Part shown: piece by piece, positions 1-14,700 of the stretch
How the letters are laid out: every line of letters starts with the position of its first letter
Position numbering within the stretch: position 1 is the first letter of the stretch
NCBI RefSeq assembly: GCF_964355755.1
Contig: NC_092673.1
Location: forward strand, 33,725,648-33,789,647
Length of the DNA: 64,000 nucleotides
Direction: 5' to 3'
Source of the DNA: Antedon mediterranea
Lineage: Eukaryota > Animalia > Echinodermata
Notes under the pieces: model-generated
What the model was told of the DNA's origin: nothing
The model's input: the letters and a program-made list of their open reading frames with translations, nothing else
The model's database searches: none
Program-made: the position numbers and the translations under genes

Positions 1-400
1 CAAGACATGTAATGTTGAGGTTATATTACAGAAATTATTCAACTAAAAAAAACATTCAGAAATGTATTTAAAACATTATTTTAACAAAATGTTTACTTAT
101 GATATATCACAATACTTTCTTCACTTGAGGAGACAATCTTAATGACATATGTGGAAAATACAAAAAGACGTATGTAGTGTTTCTGGTTTTCAGGGAGACC
201 ATATCAAACAGTTAAATTATTGTTATATCGATGCGTCACATCCAATGCCAAGATTTAATTGTACGATTCATATTTTCTTTCATCACATAAAGATAAAGAC
301 TGATAGTCATATGTTATTGTATGTTATATATGTATTATTCACCAATACAAAAAGACAAGACGTTGACACAACGCAGAAAGATCATATCAATTCACAATAC

Positions 401-499
401 CTTCTCTCCGGGGATTCCTCGTTCGCCACTGATGCTAACATTCCCAGCAGGCCCTATGTCGCCTTGTTCACCCTTCAAGCCTGGTGTACCCACAGTTCC
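401..499 (-). CDS. collagen Gly-X-Y exon (99 bp)
   Basis: [33 protein letters not shown] (Ser at a Gly position). Confidence 0.92.
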
Positions 500-3400
500 C
501 TGATAAAATCAAAGATATGAAAACAATTGAATTATTTTATGTTAATGTTAAAGTTCATAGGCTCGAAAAAAATGTATTTTGTTCAACAAAATTGTCAAAT
601 GTAGTACTTTTTAAAATAAACTTTCTACTACTCTACTTTGATAAACAGGATTTGGCACAATTTAGGGGCAGCTTCTTTACAAAAAATGTAGAATTTTGTG
701 TAGGGCAAGGAGCAGGTTAGAGCATCTATTCCAGTTGTCTAACGCAGAGGCCTGAGGCCGCTGGATTAGGGACAGTAATGGCCATCATTGAAAGCATCTG
801 GGTCCTGCTTAGGGGTCCCAATAAGCTGGGCCCTTGGGTTTAGCCAGTCAGTACTCATAGCTGTTACACCACTGACTTCCTTTTCCTTCTACTTAAACTA
901 AATATTTGTATCACCAAGGTTACTTTGTTGAGAATTGTTTGAATATTACTAAGGATTTTAATAATTCCCTACTTTTGGACCTTTTCCAAATTTGGACATT
1001 CATGACGTTATATTGTTGATACCTTTTCGCCTTTCAATCCAATAGGGCCTTGTTCACCAGATTTTCCTGGAGGACCAGGATCACCAACAAGCCCAAGAGC
1101 ACCTGTCGATCCATTTAAACCCTAAAAGACACAGAGTTTGACACAAAGTTTATTTATACATTATTATCACATATTACGTCAAACACTGTGTTGATCACCT
1201 CCCTTAGGAACATCTATATTTTATTTAACATGACATATTAAAGAAGAAAATGGCAGTTTGCAGCGTCTTCAAGCTTAGAATAAACTACTTTTGATGCCAA
1301 ATCTAAGTCAAAAAATTGACAATAGACTTTTTATCTAAAACTTTAAACAAACATATCTTGCCGTTTAGCTCCACACCAAGTAAAATATATACTGTCTGTG
1401 GAAATAGGTCATACAAATTGCAATTATGCTTATTATCGTGGATTGATTATGAATTATTGAATACTCTTTTTATTTAATCAAATAACAAGGAAATTAATTA
1501 TTAAAATTTAATTAAAAATGAAAAAAAATCTATGTAAAATTCATACATTTTCTGCATCTCGTCCAAATGTGCCATTAACACCTGGAAAACCAATATGACC
1601 CTGCAAAAACAGAAAAATATGAATGCATCAATCATAATATAATTTTACACTTATATAAAATCAATATTTTTTACTGTAATTATATATTATATTTTGACAA
1701 AATAAATTAAATTGGTACAGTGACATTTTCATTTAAAAAAATGTAATTTTAGTTATTTTGTTTTATAAAAGTATAGTATATACAAAGATGTAACGATACA
1801 CAAGTACATAAAAATATTGTGAAAAATCCACATGATGCGTCGATCTTCAGATTGATACAAACAATTATTATACGAAATTAATTTTTTTACCGGTAGGCCA
1901 TATAAACCTGGTCGTCCAACTCTTCCCTGATCTCCTTTCGAGCCTGTTGCTCCTGGAGGTCCACGTTCTCCTCTTTTTCCCATAGGACCCTTTTAAAAGA
2001 AAACAAAGTGGTAACACTAATTTAGTAAGAAAAGTAACTTTTTATTTGTACTTGGTCAGGTGGAGACAAAAACAGAGCATTACAAATATTTTTCTTTAAC
2101 GTTTTGTTTTGTTACTTGATGCAATTGTCAATCTTTTTTTATATTAATTTTATACACTCTAGGTTCACATAAAGTATTTTCAATAAGATGAAGGGTAAGA
2201 TGATCTTTTCTACAATAAAATTCAAAATAAAGAAATGACCAGAAACCAATTTAATGTCAATATTGTTAGCAGATTATAGTAGTATATAAAACAAAAAATA
2301 AATAAAATAGGGATATTTTTATTGTGATAGCTTCAGTTATGACCCCAAATTCACAATGCAGATATATTAAATATAAACAAACCATAGGAAATATATATAT
2401 TTCAATAATACACTTTTATTTCTAAACTTCAGCTTGAGCATCTGTGAGATTCCATTAAAGTGCAATATATTGAATGTCATGTTTTTCAAGTAACATTCAA
2501 ACCCAGCCAATCAAATAGATAATTCAATAAACCAAATGTTGAATGCATACAATAAAATTGACAGCATTAAGGGGTCCCGGGTAAGTCACTGTCATTGAAG
2601 ATGACATGAGTCAGGCACCTACGGGAATTGTATGCCAGTTATCAATATGAAAATTACAAGTAGCAAAACACTACACCCAAAATTGAAACTATCTCTAAGA
2701 GATTAAATATCAAATCAGATACAGGTGAAATTACTTTCTTTTGTCTACTGTTCCAAAATCGAAATCATTTATAGTCTGTCATAGTTACAGTAATATAATA
2801 CTAGAAAACATATAAATACATAAGACTATTAACAGGGAGCTTTCGATTTTGCGAACGATGACAACCAAACTACGTCATGGTAATTCATTGTGCACATGTA
2901 GGGATATTGGAACGCGTGTCCTCGCTTCTCACCTTGACACAGGTTTGACGGTTTGTAGGTCCAGACGATGATCAACGACACATAGATTGACCTGACCTAG
3001 TTCTCCCTATTAAGAGGTTTTGCCTCATGGATTCAGCCTAAAGATGAGGGACCACATCAATTTGATCACTGCGCGTGTGGATACTAACCAGAGAGTACAT
3101 AAGTGAAGCTGTTTAGGTTTGTGTATATATAACAAATATGTATTTGTACAGTTTTACTATATTTTAATAATGAAGTGCTTTTACCTGATCCCCTGACACA
3201 CCTTGTGGTCCTGGTATTCCACCCGCTCCCTAATAAATAAAACAGACATTTTAGCTCTATGTCCAGGGTGGATATAAATGTAGTAATAATAATATAATAC
3301 TGTGTTAAGTTAAGTGTTAAATTGCAAGAAATAGGTAGCTATCAGGTTGAGGGAGGGGGGGGGGGGAAGTTATGAGGACGTCAGGACCCTGGCTTCAGGT

Positions 3401-6400
3401 CATTCTCTCTGGTGTATACCTCTATTACAATTGTAAAGCTCTGTCTACACTTTCAAACTAGTTTGACAAAAAAAGTGTGATGTGATCAAATATGGTAGCA
3501 ATATGCTTAAATATGGTAGTGATATGACATCACATCCATATATATGGGCACATGACATTTTTAAAAATAAAGAAAACATGGCAAGTTCATGATCACATTA
3601 ATAATCACAGCTACCTTAGTGGTTCAGAGATTTAACATATATACTCAAAAGCTAGGCGCAATACTGTCCAGGTTTTGATTAATACTTACGGCAACACCAG
3701 GTATCCCAGGCATGCCTTGTCTTCCACGAAGACCCCGTAGGCCATCCTCGCCGGGTATTCCATTATAGCCATTATATCCATCCATTCCCTTAAAAAAAAA
3801 AATTATTTCAAATTTATGGAAAAATTGTAATTTTCTGGTGCAAACTACATTTTTAAGGTAAGCTATTTTGCAATTTATAAAATTAGATTATAATTGCACT
3901 CAAAATAAAAAAAACAAAATTGTTGTAATTTTTTAACTATTTTATTTTCTTCAAAGTTCATCTTGTTATTTTTTTTTTAAAAGAAAGCTACAAGCTGCAA
4001 CAGCTAGGACTACCACTTTCTAATGTGCACACATGGATCTCATAATAGCGTCTAGAATGCACAGTATCTTAATCTACACTTCCTCTTTCTTAAATGGTTA
4101 CAATGCTGAGGAAACATCTCTACCTCACCTGTTCACAATAAAGGTGAAACAACGATGACTAACAGTCCCCAGGTAACCAGTGAAGGTAAGTGCTAGGGAG
4201 TAGTGCTCATTATGAGAAAATGTTGCCATATGCGGGAGTGACAGGGGCGCATGTCTGACAATATAGATATAGTGCTCGGACTGCTATGTCGACTGGAATA
4301 ACAAATTAAGTCTGAACGCAAGTCTGGAAACACAGGTATATTTCTATATGTGAAAGTACTACACTAAATCAAGTTGAAACGCAAGTCTGAAACATAGATA
4401 TAGTATGAAGTACTTTCTGTATGTTGACAGAAATACTAAGTCTGAACGCAGGCTTAACAGCAGAGACACTGGGTGGAGTACATTATTATATGGATAAAAG
4501 GAACAGAAACACTCAATCCGGTCTGAAGGCAAGCTTGACAACTAATAGTATGAAGTACTGTCTGTATGTTGACAGAAACACTAAGTCTGAGCGGCTTAAC
4601 AACAGATACACCGGGTGAAAGCAACAGAAACACTCAATCCAGTCTGAATACAAGCTTGACAACATAGATATAGCAGTGCTTTCTGTATGTTGACAGACAC
4701 ACTAAGTCTGAACACAGGCTTAACAATAGAGACACTGGGTTGAGTACATTACTTGTGAAAGCAACAGAAGCACTCAATCCCATCTGAAATCAAGCTTGAC
4801 AACATAGATATAGTATGAAGTATTTTCTATATGTTGACAGAAACATTAATTCCGTCTGAACACAAGCTTGACATAACAGAGACATCACCATAGAGTACAT
4901 TACAAGTAGATGAAACAGGAAAACTAAATTAAGTGTGAACACAGGTCTACAACACAATATATAGAGTACTACTAAAACATTTCCACTACAAAAGAAAGTT
5001 ACTTACACGTCGTCCCTCTACTCCCTTCTCTCCCATTTCACCAACTGCACCAGGGTAGCCCTTAAATATTAATACAAATAATTTATGGTGGTTTTTAATC
5101 ACAAAATATAGTTATAAATGAAATAGAAGATTTGACTGAATGAGACAATCACAGTGAGTTACATTAATTAAAGTAATTAAATCAAAACAAAATATTGTTT
5201 AAAATATTATGATTTTAATTTATTTCATTTACAAAAGTTAACTTTGTTGAAAGATCTGAAAAATGTATAAATATATTAATTAATATTTATCATTTTTTAA
5301 AGCAAATTTTCTAAAACAAATTGTGTGGTGGTTTATGTATTGGAATTTATACAACACAGACTTCATATATTTTAACATAAAATATGAAAATCCTAATATG
5401 GTATTAATAAAGTACCTGGCTTCCTTTTGTTCCCTTTGGACCACGCCTACCTGTGAGTCCCAAGCTACCCTGGGGAGAGAAAAGAAATTATCATAAACAA
5501 AAAGCATCTGGTTATTGTTGTAGAAGCTTGACTGGCCAGTGAAAGGTAATCAGCATTATTTTGCAGAAACACCTAGACTTGCCGCACAACTTTCTTTCAG
5601 AATTTCTTTTTTTCCACGTAGACATTTGTATTTTTTTAAATCCAGGTAAAGAATAGAAATGACATGCCATGTGTGCCAAATTGTTTTGTTTTGCCAATAT
5701 TAAATGGCATTTCTGTGTACAACACCATACAAACTCCAATATATAAAATCTTATGTGGAGTGAATTATGGTGTTTATTAAATATTTTTGTATACAATATT
5801 TTGTAAATAAATTAAAATTTTTTCAATTTTGTATCTAGTATTTATTCATTATTTATCTATCTAACATGCATTGAAGTTTAGTTTTAGTTTAAGTTTAGTT
5901 TAAGTTGTTTTAAAATTATGGTTAAATGTGCAGTAGGGTCTCTCGGAGGAGCAGTTTTATTTTATTACTGAGAGGGCTACCCTACTGAAAAAAATGAAAA
6001 TAAAATAAAATAAAAAATCTATCATTAATTTATTATTTATTTCTTATAACAACAATTTTGAAAAAAAATCATTTTAATATTAATTAGGTCATACAGTTTT
6101 GGCAAACATATAGATTTATTGCATCAGAAAATATATTGATATTAAAATATATTGATATTAAAATATATTTATATTAAAATATATTTATATTAAAATATAT
6201 TGATATTAAAATATATTGATATCAAAATATATTGATATCAAAATATATTGATATTAAAATATATTGATATTAAAATATATTGATATTAAAATATATTGAT
6301 ATTAAAATATATTGATATTAAAATAAAAGTACAAAGAAACAACACAAACTCTAAATCTAAAGTCAAATGAAAGCAGAATTTACATTTGCAAGATAAACAG

Positions 6401-9400
6401 GATTTAATTGAAATGAAATTTGAAACTGATAAACAATCAAATTGAAAGTAAAATATCATTTGATATCCTGATAATGAATAATCCAAAGATAAACAAAGAA
6501 AATGTCTTTCAATTAATATAAGCCGTAGTGAAGGCATTATATCGTAAAAAACATTTATTAAAAATATCTATGTACATAAGAATATAAATTGACAGGCACA
6601 GAACTTATTCTAAACCGTCTGGTGAATTCATTAATTTAGAATTTAAGATTATGGTAGAAATCTGAGAATAAGAAAAAAGTCACCTCAACGGATTAAAACT
6701 TGAAACTTTATGCTTGTTATAACATAGAGATATTATATAATATCTCTATGGTTATAATAAGTATAAACACATTTGTTTATCTACTAAATTATTTATTTAA
6801 AAAAATTAGGAACTAGACAAAAAAAAAAAAAAAAAAAAAGATTTCTCCAAACTTTGGAGCTCTGGTTCGGACAAATTCTTTAACACTCCAAATGTCAAAT
6901 TTAGGACAACCTTCTTAGGTCAAATTTTACAACATTGGCAAAATTTTATATCATTAAATGCACAAGGAACAGCATAAACAACATTAAAAAACTTACTGGA
7001 GGGCCAATAGGACCCCTTCTACCTCGATTACCACGTTTTCCAAATTTCCCACGTGGTCCAAGTTCACCTCTAGCTCCTGGAGCTCCAGGATAGCCCCTCT
7101 TTTTCTATTTAAAAAAAAACATAAAATATAAATTAGGTCAGAAAAGAACTGCTAAACAATGAAATCTAATCTACTAAGGTACATAAAGCTCTTGCAAACA
7201 TATACAGTACAGTAGTCTATAAGTTGAGCTGAGAGTACTTTAAATGTTTATTTTTATGTATTTAAATCATACAAATTAATTAAAATCTTATAAAGTCCCA
7301 ATTTAAGATGAAATTAAATATTAATTTTGGGTACTCATGCCGCTATAAATTGTACATTTTATTTATAGTTGAACCAGAAAAAGTAAACAAATTTATTTAT
7401 ACCATTCCTTGTTGTCCTTTTGGTCCAATCTTTCCTTTTTCTCCTTTAAGACCTGGAGGTCCTGGTGGCCCACGTTTACCCGGTGGTCCAATCAATCCAA
7501 TTTCAACCTAAAATTAAACATAATATACATTATTTATTATTTTTATTTAGGATTTTTGCCATCTATTTATCAATATTTCAGCCAGTCAAGCTTAACTGGA
7601 AACTGAGAAAATTTGGATTAGGCCTCCACAGACCCACGGCAGCCAGCAGTGCAGCGCCTACAGGATCAGCACACCAAGAGACGATCCCCTACTCTTTTCA
7701 AATAGTGTACCAAGTTCTTTTAAGCATCTTGCCTAAGGATGCAGTTAGTATGGTACAGATAGACTCACATGCCAACCACATGCTAGTGCGATATTATCTT
7801 TGCACATCACTCTCCGGTGTATACAGCACCCGGCGTGATTCCCAGACGCTCTCCCATTCAGAACGCAACCGGGCTCAAAGTTGCTTAACTTTGGTGATCT
7901 GATGAGAACCCAGTAAACCATTGCACAAACTCTTGGAAAATATAAATATCTGCATATCTACAACTTACTGGCCATTCTGTCTTCATGTCTTCTACAATAT
8001 GATATACTGTGTATTCATCATCATATTTTAACAAATCCTGTATAAATGCTTCTGTTAGGCCTGGATATCCTTTCACACTAAGTATAAATTCCTGCAAATA
8101 AAATTGATATTTTAAATTTTATTTATATTTTTTATTTATTCAACTTCTCACTAACACTGTTAGTGAAGGATTAGGACCAACAGGTAGTAAACACCTCTAA
8201 AAATGGTCCAGTCCCAATTGCACAGTGGCTGTGTGTGACAGTGCCTGTGTTTGTGTGGACTAGTACACCGGGGCAGCCCCCTACTCGTCTCGAAAAATGT
8301 ACTAGGTTCTTTAAAGTGCACATGAGCTATGTGTACACTGGACCTACGGTTTATAGTCCTTATCCGAGAAGACTCGTTCTACCACCAGAACCATGGAGCG
8401 AGTGAGCCTTTATAAAATAAATAAATACTTTGTGCACAAATGCTCTCAAACTGCAAATAGATTGAAATACAACATATGAACCATTTTATTATATTATTAT
8501 AAGCATAACCAGAGGAGTTTGAATTGAACTACAACTTATTATAGCAAGAGTGTTTAAATGAAGGCATAACTAGTTAATAGTTTCTCAATTTTTTATTTTA
8601 TCAAACGTCAAAAAGTAACACTTCTTACTTTTTTTTCATCTTCATCAGGTTTAGATGTCGATTTATCAAATGCAGGATAATAATCCCCGTTATTATTTTC
8701 ATATTCATTATTATCCGTTATCATATCATTTTTAATATATTCTGTGATGTCATCAATTGGTACTTGAGTAACTACTGATGGTTCAACAACAAATGTTTCA
8801 TCTTTGATTGTGTAAGTTGCCGTCGTCGTAAACACACGAGGGAGCTGTATATCAGGCGTTTCTTTAATTTCCGTTGCTGTTTCCTTGCTACTTAACTCTG
8901 GTAGTGATGTGCTTAACGTATCAGTTGGATAGACTATTTCCGTTACAAGCGTCGTGTTTATATCGTCTGTTTCGGGAATACGAGTTACAGAAATATTTTT
9001 ATCTACACTGTCGGTTGTATTTACACTATGTAGTGTTTCCAGCGTTTCAATCTGGACTGCAACCGTTGTATACAAGTCTGTAGTATAACTCGCTGTTGCT
9101 AAGATTTCAGTTGTAGCAGGGATATTGACATCACTTGTAGTGGGTCTAAAAGTAACATCATTAACAATTGTAGTATAAACCTCAATCGATTCAGTAGTCC
9201 TTATTAAATCCAATTCTTCCTTTAATTTTTCCGTTGATGGAATGGATGTTGTTCTATCTTCAAAATTTATAACATTATTTGGCGTTTCTAAATCTTCTAG
9301 ACTAAAAGTTGTGGATTGAGTAGTTGGGATTACACTCTCATCTATTTCTGTTGCTATATTCGTAGTATAATATATACTTGTTGTTGGTATAACCTAAAAG

Positions 9401-11723
9401 ACAAACAATGAAAAATATTAGAGAAAAATACTCACTCACTTTACTGATATCGTTTTTCTCTTTATGATTTTCAATTCTAATATAATTAATACTGACAATT
9501 TATTTAATATTCGTAATCCACAACATGTTACTCGTAGCTCTTCTTCTGTTGGTACTCTTTTTGATATTCGTCGCTGCAGAACTGAATCTTCTTTTCAATC
9601 ATATATCCCACGTGTTACCAGAATTTGGAATAACTTACCCAGTGAAATCCGCAACTTAAATATTTCTGTTAGTTCTTTTAAAACCAAATTACTTAATTAT
9701 CTCAATATTTATTTTTTAAATAATTTTAATATTGAAAATGTGTGTAGTTGGTCGCTTTCTTGTCGATGCTTTTATTGTAGAACGTAATTTATTTATTTTT
9801 CTTTGTTCTGGGTTGACCAACTAGCATAGGTGTTTAGCACCTGTTTGGTCTTTCCGTGCCTCCTTTTATAATTGTTTTGTCTTCTTTGTTATGTATATGG
9901 CAGAAATTGAATAAATAAATAAATAAAAATAAAACTCAAATTTCTAATTTATTTACAATAATAAATGAAATAGTAAAAGGTAGAAAGACAGAGTAGAGTG
10001 GTGGTGCCAGTGGCTGAGTGCCTCCATATGTGCAACATAAAAAACAAAACAAAAAACATTGACAATAATTCTGCTTTAATATCCTGATAGTAGTGTCAGT
10101 AAATTTACGGTACTTACAAATTGCATCAGAGGAATTCAAAAATTTATTTCTCATATAACTTTTTTTTTCTCAACAATTGCTGAAAATTAATGAAAGGGAA
10201 ACCACTCACCTAGGATCTCTCTACTGAGACATTAGAGGGGGTGTCAATACTTTCAGTAATTTTGGAATATTTTATTTTTAAAGAGCATTTATTGTTTATA
10301 ATTTCTAAAAAGATGGGGGAGGGAGATTGGGTCGATCTACCAACATCAAAAGGTATGCATATGTGGTTTTACCAAAAGGAAATTTACATTGCATTGGTAT
10401 TCTGAAAGGAAATACAAGGGTCTTGTTACTATATTTGCTTGTAACATATTACAATTTCAACTGATCTTTGCCATGGGCAACTCCTAATTACTTCTTCAAC
10501 TGTGATACTATCAGCTTTCAAATCGCCAGGAGTATTTAGCACCAAAAATGCCATATCTAAATATTAACTCTCCTATTCTCATCTATCAAAAAAAGTAACA
10601 TAAAACTCCAATCTTTAAATATTATTTTATGATACATTTGGTATTTTCATGGGATTCAAAGCACATTCTCTCACACCATTCCGGTAGTATGTTGGCGATA
10701 ATCTCTAGTTAGCTGGCAATTCCAACTGTGATTAATTTACTATAGAGCCAATTATTTGTGTGCATGTTGCTATGCAAGCTCGGTGTCAAAGGTCGTGAGT
10801 TGAAAACTGTATGTGGTCACTTTTTAATAGAATACGAAAATAGATATCAAAGATAGATATTAATAAATTTACCAAACTAGTCGTATAAAAAAAAAATTGT
10901 ACATAAAACAAATAAAGATATTTTATATGGTAATGCTTACAATTTAACCTAAATTAGGGGGTGGGATTATACTCGAGGATGGAAATCATACATGGCCATA
11001 TACAATATTTATATATACATCCAAAGGAAAAAAATACTGAAAAAACATTACATCTCCCTGCTGTGGGTATCAGTGGCTGGATCTCAATAGAAATACTAAT
11101 CCGGAAGTAATAAGCATAAAGACTAAATCAAAACGGTACAGTAAAATAGCCATAAAAAAGTGCCAAGCTTTAAAAAAATATTCCTTCGGCAGGGATAAAA
11201 TATTCATATATACATAGTATAATCAAAAGTTCAGGTGGAGTATAAGTTCTATGCTCTTCCCGTATGTGTCATGTAATAGGCACTCTCTTATCTCTCCAAA
11301 AGATGGGCTATGTAAACCATTACACCAGGGAAACTCATCTCCCAAAATAAGCTGGGGTTCTTTTAGTGCAAATGCATGAATTGTGTACCCAGTTCCTTTA
11401 GTTTACATCCCTTTATAGAGAGGTTTTTTGTTGTCACAATTAAAAACCAAGAGCAATCTCGGATTCAAATACAGCCTGTATGGTTAAAGATTTCTGGTGC
11501 ACCGTCTGACTTCCACTTAGTAATCTCAATTTACTAAGTAAAGAAAGTTGATTAAGGCATAGATGATTATGATTACACTGATTATGATTATTGTGGACAG
11601 ATGAACGGGCATCGGTGGCAGAACTTGACACAAAGTGACTCTTATGTGTCGTCTACACCTGCGCAAGTCAGCCCATTAGGCTGCAAGTCGCAAGTTATTC
11701 ATTGATTTACAGTGATATGAATA

Positions 11724-11777
<54 letters not shown>

Positions 11778-14700
11778 TCAACAAATGTTTTTAAAGCATT
11801 GCTACTTACTGGCGGTAAAAGAATAAATGGAAAACAAGTAAAATACTGTGTACATTCATTTACAGCATATGGGTTATCTACAAACAGTAGATGTTGAATT
11901 GCACCCTACAAAAAGAAAAAAAAAACACACATTTATTAGATTACATTTCTTGGCTAATATCCAATATATCACTTGTCATGAACACATTCTCACATAACAT
12001 TATAACACTAACCTAGAGTAAACATAACCTGTAAACCAAATGTTTGAATGAACACATTTCTGCAATATCATTTAACATTTGTAATGGTCGCTGGATATAG
12101 CATTTTAATCACATAATACTTTCTCATATTCTTTGTATAAATACCAACTACATATTAACAACCTGTGAATTTGAGGAATGTTTCGATGGACACATTTTTG
12201 CATTAAAAATAAACATTTTATGGGATTTTATGGGGTTTTATGGTATTCTTAAATATACGATAAATATTTAGTTTTTTTAATTGAAGGATTAATATGATAA
12301 AATTATATTAAATAATAAATTTATCATTGCATGGATACCAATATTCATGGACACCCTAATTCATGGACACCCTAATTCATGGACATCCTAATTCATGGAC
12401 ATCCTAATTCATGGACAACCCTATTCAAGGAACACCCCAATTCATGGACACCCCGATTCATGGACACCTTTATTCAAGGGACACCCCTATTCATGGCACA
12501 CCCCTATCCAATTCAAAAGACACACCTATCACACCTTTTTTAGCATTTAATCAAGAGTTTATGAGATGAGATAAAAGGCTTTATCGTAGATAGATGAGAG
12601 TGGAACCATATCTCAGTAGGGTACGTGAATATTAGAACACCATGCTGTTACTGGTCATGAGAAACGTGCCTATAACACAATTACATTTCTTATTTTAAAT
12701 GATAGTCAGGTCAACATCTTTAATACACTTTGTTGTCTCAATTAAATTTGTTTTAAAAATGTTGCACGTATTTTGATACCGCTGATACTAATCACTTTCA
12801 CTGACATCACATACCAATGAACATTTAATGTAAACATATTTTAATTTAATTTTACAAAATATCTGTTATGCTTGGGTTATCTTCCTTCTCCCCATTTCTT
12901 ATCATTCAATAAATGAATTTAAGTATGGACTCCTCCCCCACTCGCCTTCACCTTTTTGTTCTTTGGATCATCACACATATTTGGGTTATACCGGATGTTT
13001 TAAATCCATCATCCTTTTTTTCCACAAAAGGGACAAAAATCTATTTACTAACCCTTAGTTTCACTACTTTATTTATTATTTATTTATTTCATACGCATCC
13101 AACAGCGAGCACAAACTCTCCAATTACAAGATGGATAAACTATTTTATAATTTATTATGCTTATAAACTAAGTCTCATTTGAGGATAGCATGTTAACCAC
13201 CAAGCTACAGCTCCACTACTTCTTTCGATTTTAGAAAGGGCACTTCAGGAAAGAGAGATTTTTAACAAACCCCCAAATTCCCTCTCCCCCTCCTCCTAAC
13301 TATGAATTTGACCTACCTGGAATGGTTTTTCAAATGACATCAAAGACCCACCAATAAGCACTGTGCTTCCGGAATCAACATTAAATATGTGTTCATTGTT
13401 TATTTTTAATGATGATACTTCTTTACAATCTCTGTACAGTCGTATCCTACTTGAATCAATGCTAATTCCAATTTTATGCCAATCGTTATCGGCTAAATCT
13501 TTAATAAAAAATCTGTAAAGAAATCAATTATTATGAAAAAACAGTTCTACCTACCCTCACATGTTTATGCAAAAAAAGTATGAAAGCATATACAAAAGAA
13601 TTTGAAGAAAAAAACACCCCATATTTATCATTGATCAATGATATTAAGTAAGAAAATGTATTATTACATTGTAACAAAGTGTTTGTTTTTTGTTTTACAT
13701 ATTTATGCAAATTTCATAAGCGAATTCATTCATTATCATTCTTAAAGGTGGCAATCCTGTTAACAGGACAAACATACACAAGATGCTCTACATAAACAAA
13801 GTTTTGAGAGTTGAGTTGTAATTTTTGTCATGAATAAAAATCCTGACATATGACTTGAACCCAGGATTCTAAAAAAACATAGTAGGTCGAATCAATAGAG
13901 TACAATACAGGTAATTGTATATTCTTATAATCAGCATCTTTAATTTATTTTTAAATACAAGCTTTTTCTGTTAAACTAATATTGACAACTTTTTAAATAT
14001 TTTTATGGCATTATTTTGTCATTTTGTACAGGGATTCTTTTTTTTTTTAACTTAATAAAACAAAAAAACATCATTATATTATAGTAATACTATATATATT
14101 GTAATATTTAAATGAAATTACCTGTATGATTGGAGGCTCCCAAGACGAACCTGGACGTCGATAACGTTTGAACCAATGAGAACACGCAGTTGAAATGAAT
14201 TACTTGAATCAACAAAGGTTAAAATATTTGACAAAAAAGCTTCCTGATATTTTACTTGCATTAGAATTGATAGACTTTGTGGAAATCTGTGAATTAAACG
14301 TTTTATGAATAAAAAATCAACTTCTTTCGTTCACTAAAACAAAGAGAACATAATTATGTTGACCCTTTATGTTGAACAATGTACATTGAGATATAAGTGG
14401 AGAAAACAGGAGATCAGGGAATGAACGCAATTAAATGTACTGAAAGATGATTTAAAAATATCTTGTGTTGGGCAAGCCTAAATAAAAAAACAAATGGATT
14501 GACAACTAATAAATCTAGATGAAAAGTAAATAGCTTAATAAAGAAAAAGAAATGAATATATAATATGCACTAATGAACGGCTAGTGTTGCCCGATTAATT
14601 TTTCTTTTTTTTTAATTTATCGTTTTGATTTAGTTTCTTGCTTATTTTATTTTGTATCTCCATTGAGATCCAGCCACTGATACCATAAAAAAAAAACCAA

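Noticed and set aside
149-520. Plus-strand ORFs over collagen exons (also 7308-7902, 8874-9083) and minus-strand ORFs over FAM78 and DHPS exons
   Set aside because: They are antisense shadows of real exons or read-through into introns.
3660-3681. miR-8/miR-200-like sequence (aatactgtccagg)
   Set aside because: Only the seed region matches and no supporting hairpin was seen.
10210-10401. Possible extra collagen exon (cag| ... |gtgagt on the minus strand)
   Set aside because: The phase-0 frame hits a stop after five codons, and the flanking exons already join in phase 0.
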